This document shows positions 62,790-64,000 of a stretch of DNA of 64,000 bases, piece after piece. The stretch is from an uncultured Gemmatimonadaceae bacterium (GTDB lineage Bacteria; Gemmatimonadota; Gemmatimonadetes; Gemmatimonadales; Gemmatimonadaceae), in assembly GCA_963751275.1 (NCBI GenBank), contig CAVVTZ010000011.1, forward strand, positions 224,001-288,000. The letters run 5' to 3'. Made by a program: the position numbers and the translations under genes. Positions within the stretch are counted from its first letter, which is position 1. Each line of letters starts with the position of its first letter. The notes below the pieces were generated by a model. The model had not been told where the DNA came from. It ran no database searches and saw only the letters and a program-made list of their open reading frames with translations.

Positions 62790-63505
62790 GCGCGCCTTGG
62801 TGGTCGTTCCGACCTATAACGAGAAGGAGAACATCCGCCGGCTCATCGCGACGGTGCTCGAGGAGGACCCGCGCCTCGAGATGCTGATCGTGGACGACAG
62901 CTCGCCCGACGGCACCGGCGACATCGTGGATGAGATCGCCGCGCGCGAGCCCCGCGTGCATTGCCTCCATCGCGAGAAGAAGATGGGGCTCGGTACCGCC
63001 TATCGCGCCGGCTTCAAGTGGGCGCTCGAACGCGACTACGAGTTCATCTTCGAGATGGACGCCGACTTCTCGCACGACCCGAACCATCTCCCGCAGTTCC
63101 TCGACGCGATCAAGGACGCCGACCTCGTCCTCGGCTCGCGCTACCGCGGGGGGAAGGTGACCGTCGTCAATTGGCCGATGACGCGGCTCCTCCTGAGCTA
63201 TGGCGCGAACATCTACGCGCGGATCGTGACCGGCATGCAGCTCTGACGATTCGACGGGCGGCTTCAAGTGCTTCCGCCGGCAGGTGCTCGAAGCGATCGA
63301 CCTGGATGACGTGCGGTCGAACGGGTACGCCTTCCAGATCGAGATGAGCTTCCGCGCCACGAGGAAGGGCTTCCGGATCACGGAGATCCCGATCGTCTTC
63401 GTGGACCGCACGGAGGGGACGAGCAAGATGAGCGGCCACATCGTGCGCGAGGCGGTGTTCATGGTGTGGCGGTTGCGCTGGTGGGCACTCATAGGACGGT
63501 TGTGA
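62782..63505 (+). CDS. Polyprenol monophosphomannose synthase-like GT2 (indel near 63244)
   Basis: VPTYNEKEN, VDDSSPDGT, GLGTAY, EMDADFSH, GYAFQIE and FVDRTEGTSKMS. Confidence 0.92.
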
Positions 63506-64000
63506 GCCCGGCGGGGCGGGCCTTCTATAAGATGAGCGGGTCGGGGAACGACTTCGTCATCTTCGACGCGCGCACGGAGCCGGCCGGCCCGCTCGAGCAG
63601 GTCGCTTCGATCCGGACCATTTGCGCGCGGGGCACGGGGGTCGGGGCCGACGGCGTGGTCTTCGTCGAGAAGCCGGCCTCCGCGGATGCCGATCTCCTCA
63701 TGAGGTACTTCAACAGCGATGGCTCGCGGGCCGCAATGTGCGGCAATGCGGCGCTGTGCGTGACTCGGCTGGCGGCCGAGCTGGGGGCGGGACCCGCCGC
63801 CGGAATGCGTCTCCAGACCGATGACGGGGTGCTCACGGCCCGGTTCGTGGGTGGGCTGCCCGAAGTCGACCTTCGGCCGGTTCTCGACGTCCGGCCCGAC
63901 ACGGGGATCCCGTTGGAGGCAGGCGAGCAGCGGATCGGCTTCGCCTTGGCCGGCGTGCCGCACTTGGTGGTGCTGTGCGACGATGCCACCGTAGTGGATG
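63502..64000 (+). CDS. dapF: Diaminopimelate epimerase (3' truncated by window)
   Basis: FYKMSGSGNDFV, GVGADG, FNSDGSRAAMCGNA and GVPH; absent from the ORF track because it has no stop in the window. Confidence 0.93.
   Translation, partial: MSPAGRAFYKMSGSGNDFVIFDARTEPAGPLEQVASIRTICARGTGVGADGVVFVEKPASADADLLMRYFNSDGSRAAMCGNAALCVTRLAAELGAGPAAGMRLQTDDGVLTARFVGGLPEVDLRPVLDVRPDTGIPLEAGEQRIGFALAGVPHLVVLCDDATVVD

Noticed and set aside
60400..63246. Apparent 948-aa YfhO-Ppm synthase fusion
   Set aside because: The linker is out-of-frame text. The shifted frame gives a final TM helix ending at TGA 62789, and the synthase has its own ATG at 62782.
63241..63250. In-frame TGA in the Ppm synthase as selenocysteine or readthrough
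   Set aside because: The protein continues in a different frame (DSTGGFKCFRR), so this is an indel rather than recoding

Overview
High-GC core-genome window, almost entirely on the + strand. The gene order and protein style suggest Gemmatimonadota, but this is inference, not a search result. Gene order: pgk(partial)-tpiA-secG-carA, HU/IHF, moaDEA, mdh-sdhCAB, dcd(-), a complete nuoA-N operon, PMM/PGM-UPF0182, carbamate kinase-sucCD-ndk, yceD-rpmF-plsX-fabHDG-acpP-fabF-mqnE-mqnA-mqnC-ispF-xerD-pabA/trpG-outer-membrane protein, kdsB-pyrG-kdsACD-lptC-lptA-like-lptB-rpoN, a surface-glycosylation cluster and dapF(partial). Many essential genes are broken by 1-nt indels concentrated in patches (about 6.4-13.3, 33.6-41.3, 45.1-49.6 and 51.4-53.6 kb). 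These look like long-read assembly errors, so gene ends in those patches are approximate. I found no rRNA, tRNA, CRISPR array or transposase. The most notable observations are: (1) five intergenic inverted-repeat elements built from short periodic units, four sharing an AACTGCT motif and two bracketing moaDEA; (2) LptB fused to an unexplained ~160-aa N-terminal domain; (3) a sigma54 -24/-12 site overlapping the sigma70 start of the operon that encodes rpoN; (4) an orphan carA plus an orphan carbamate kinase; (5) MqnE with a CX5CX2C motif; (6) a secreted protein with a beta-helix-like segment joined to a beta-barrel-like domain; (7) a GT-C/polyprenol-phosphate glycosylation locus.
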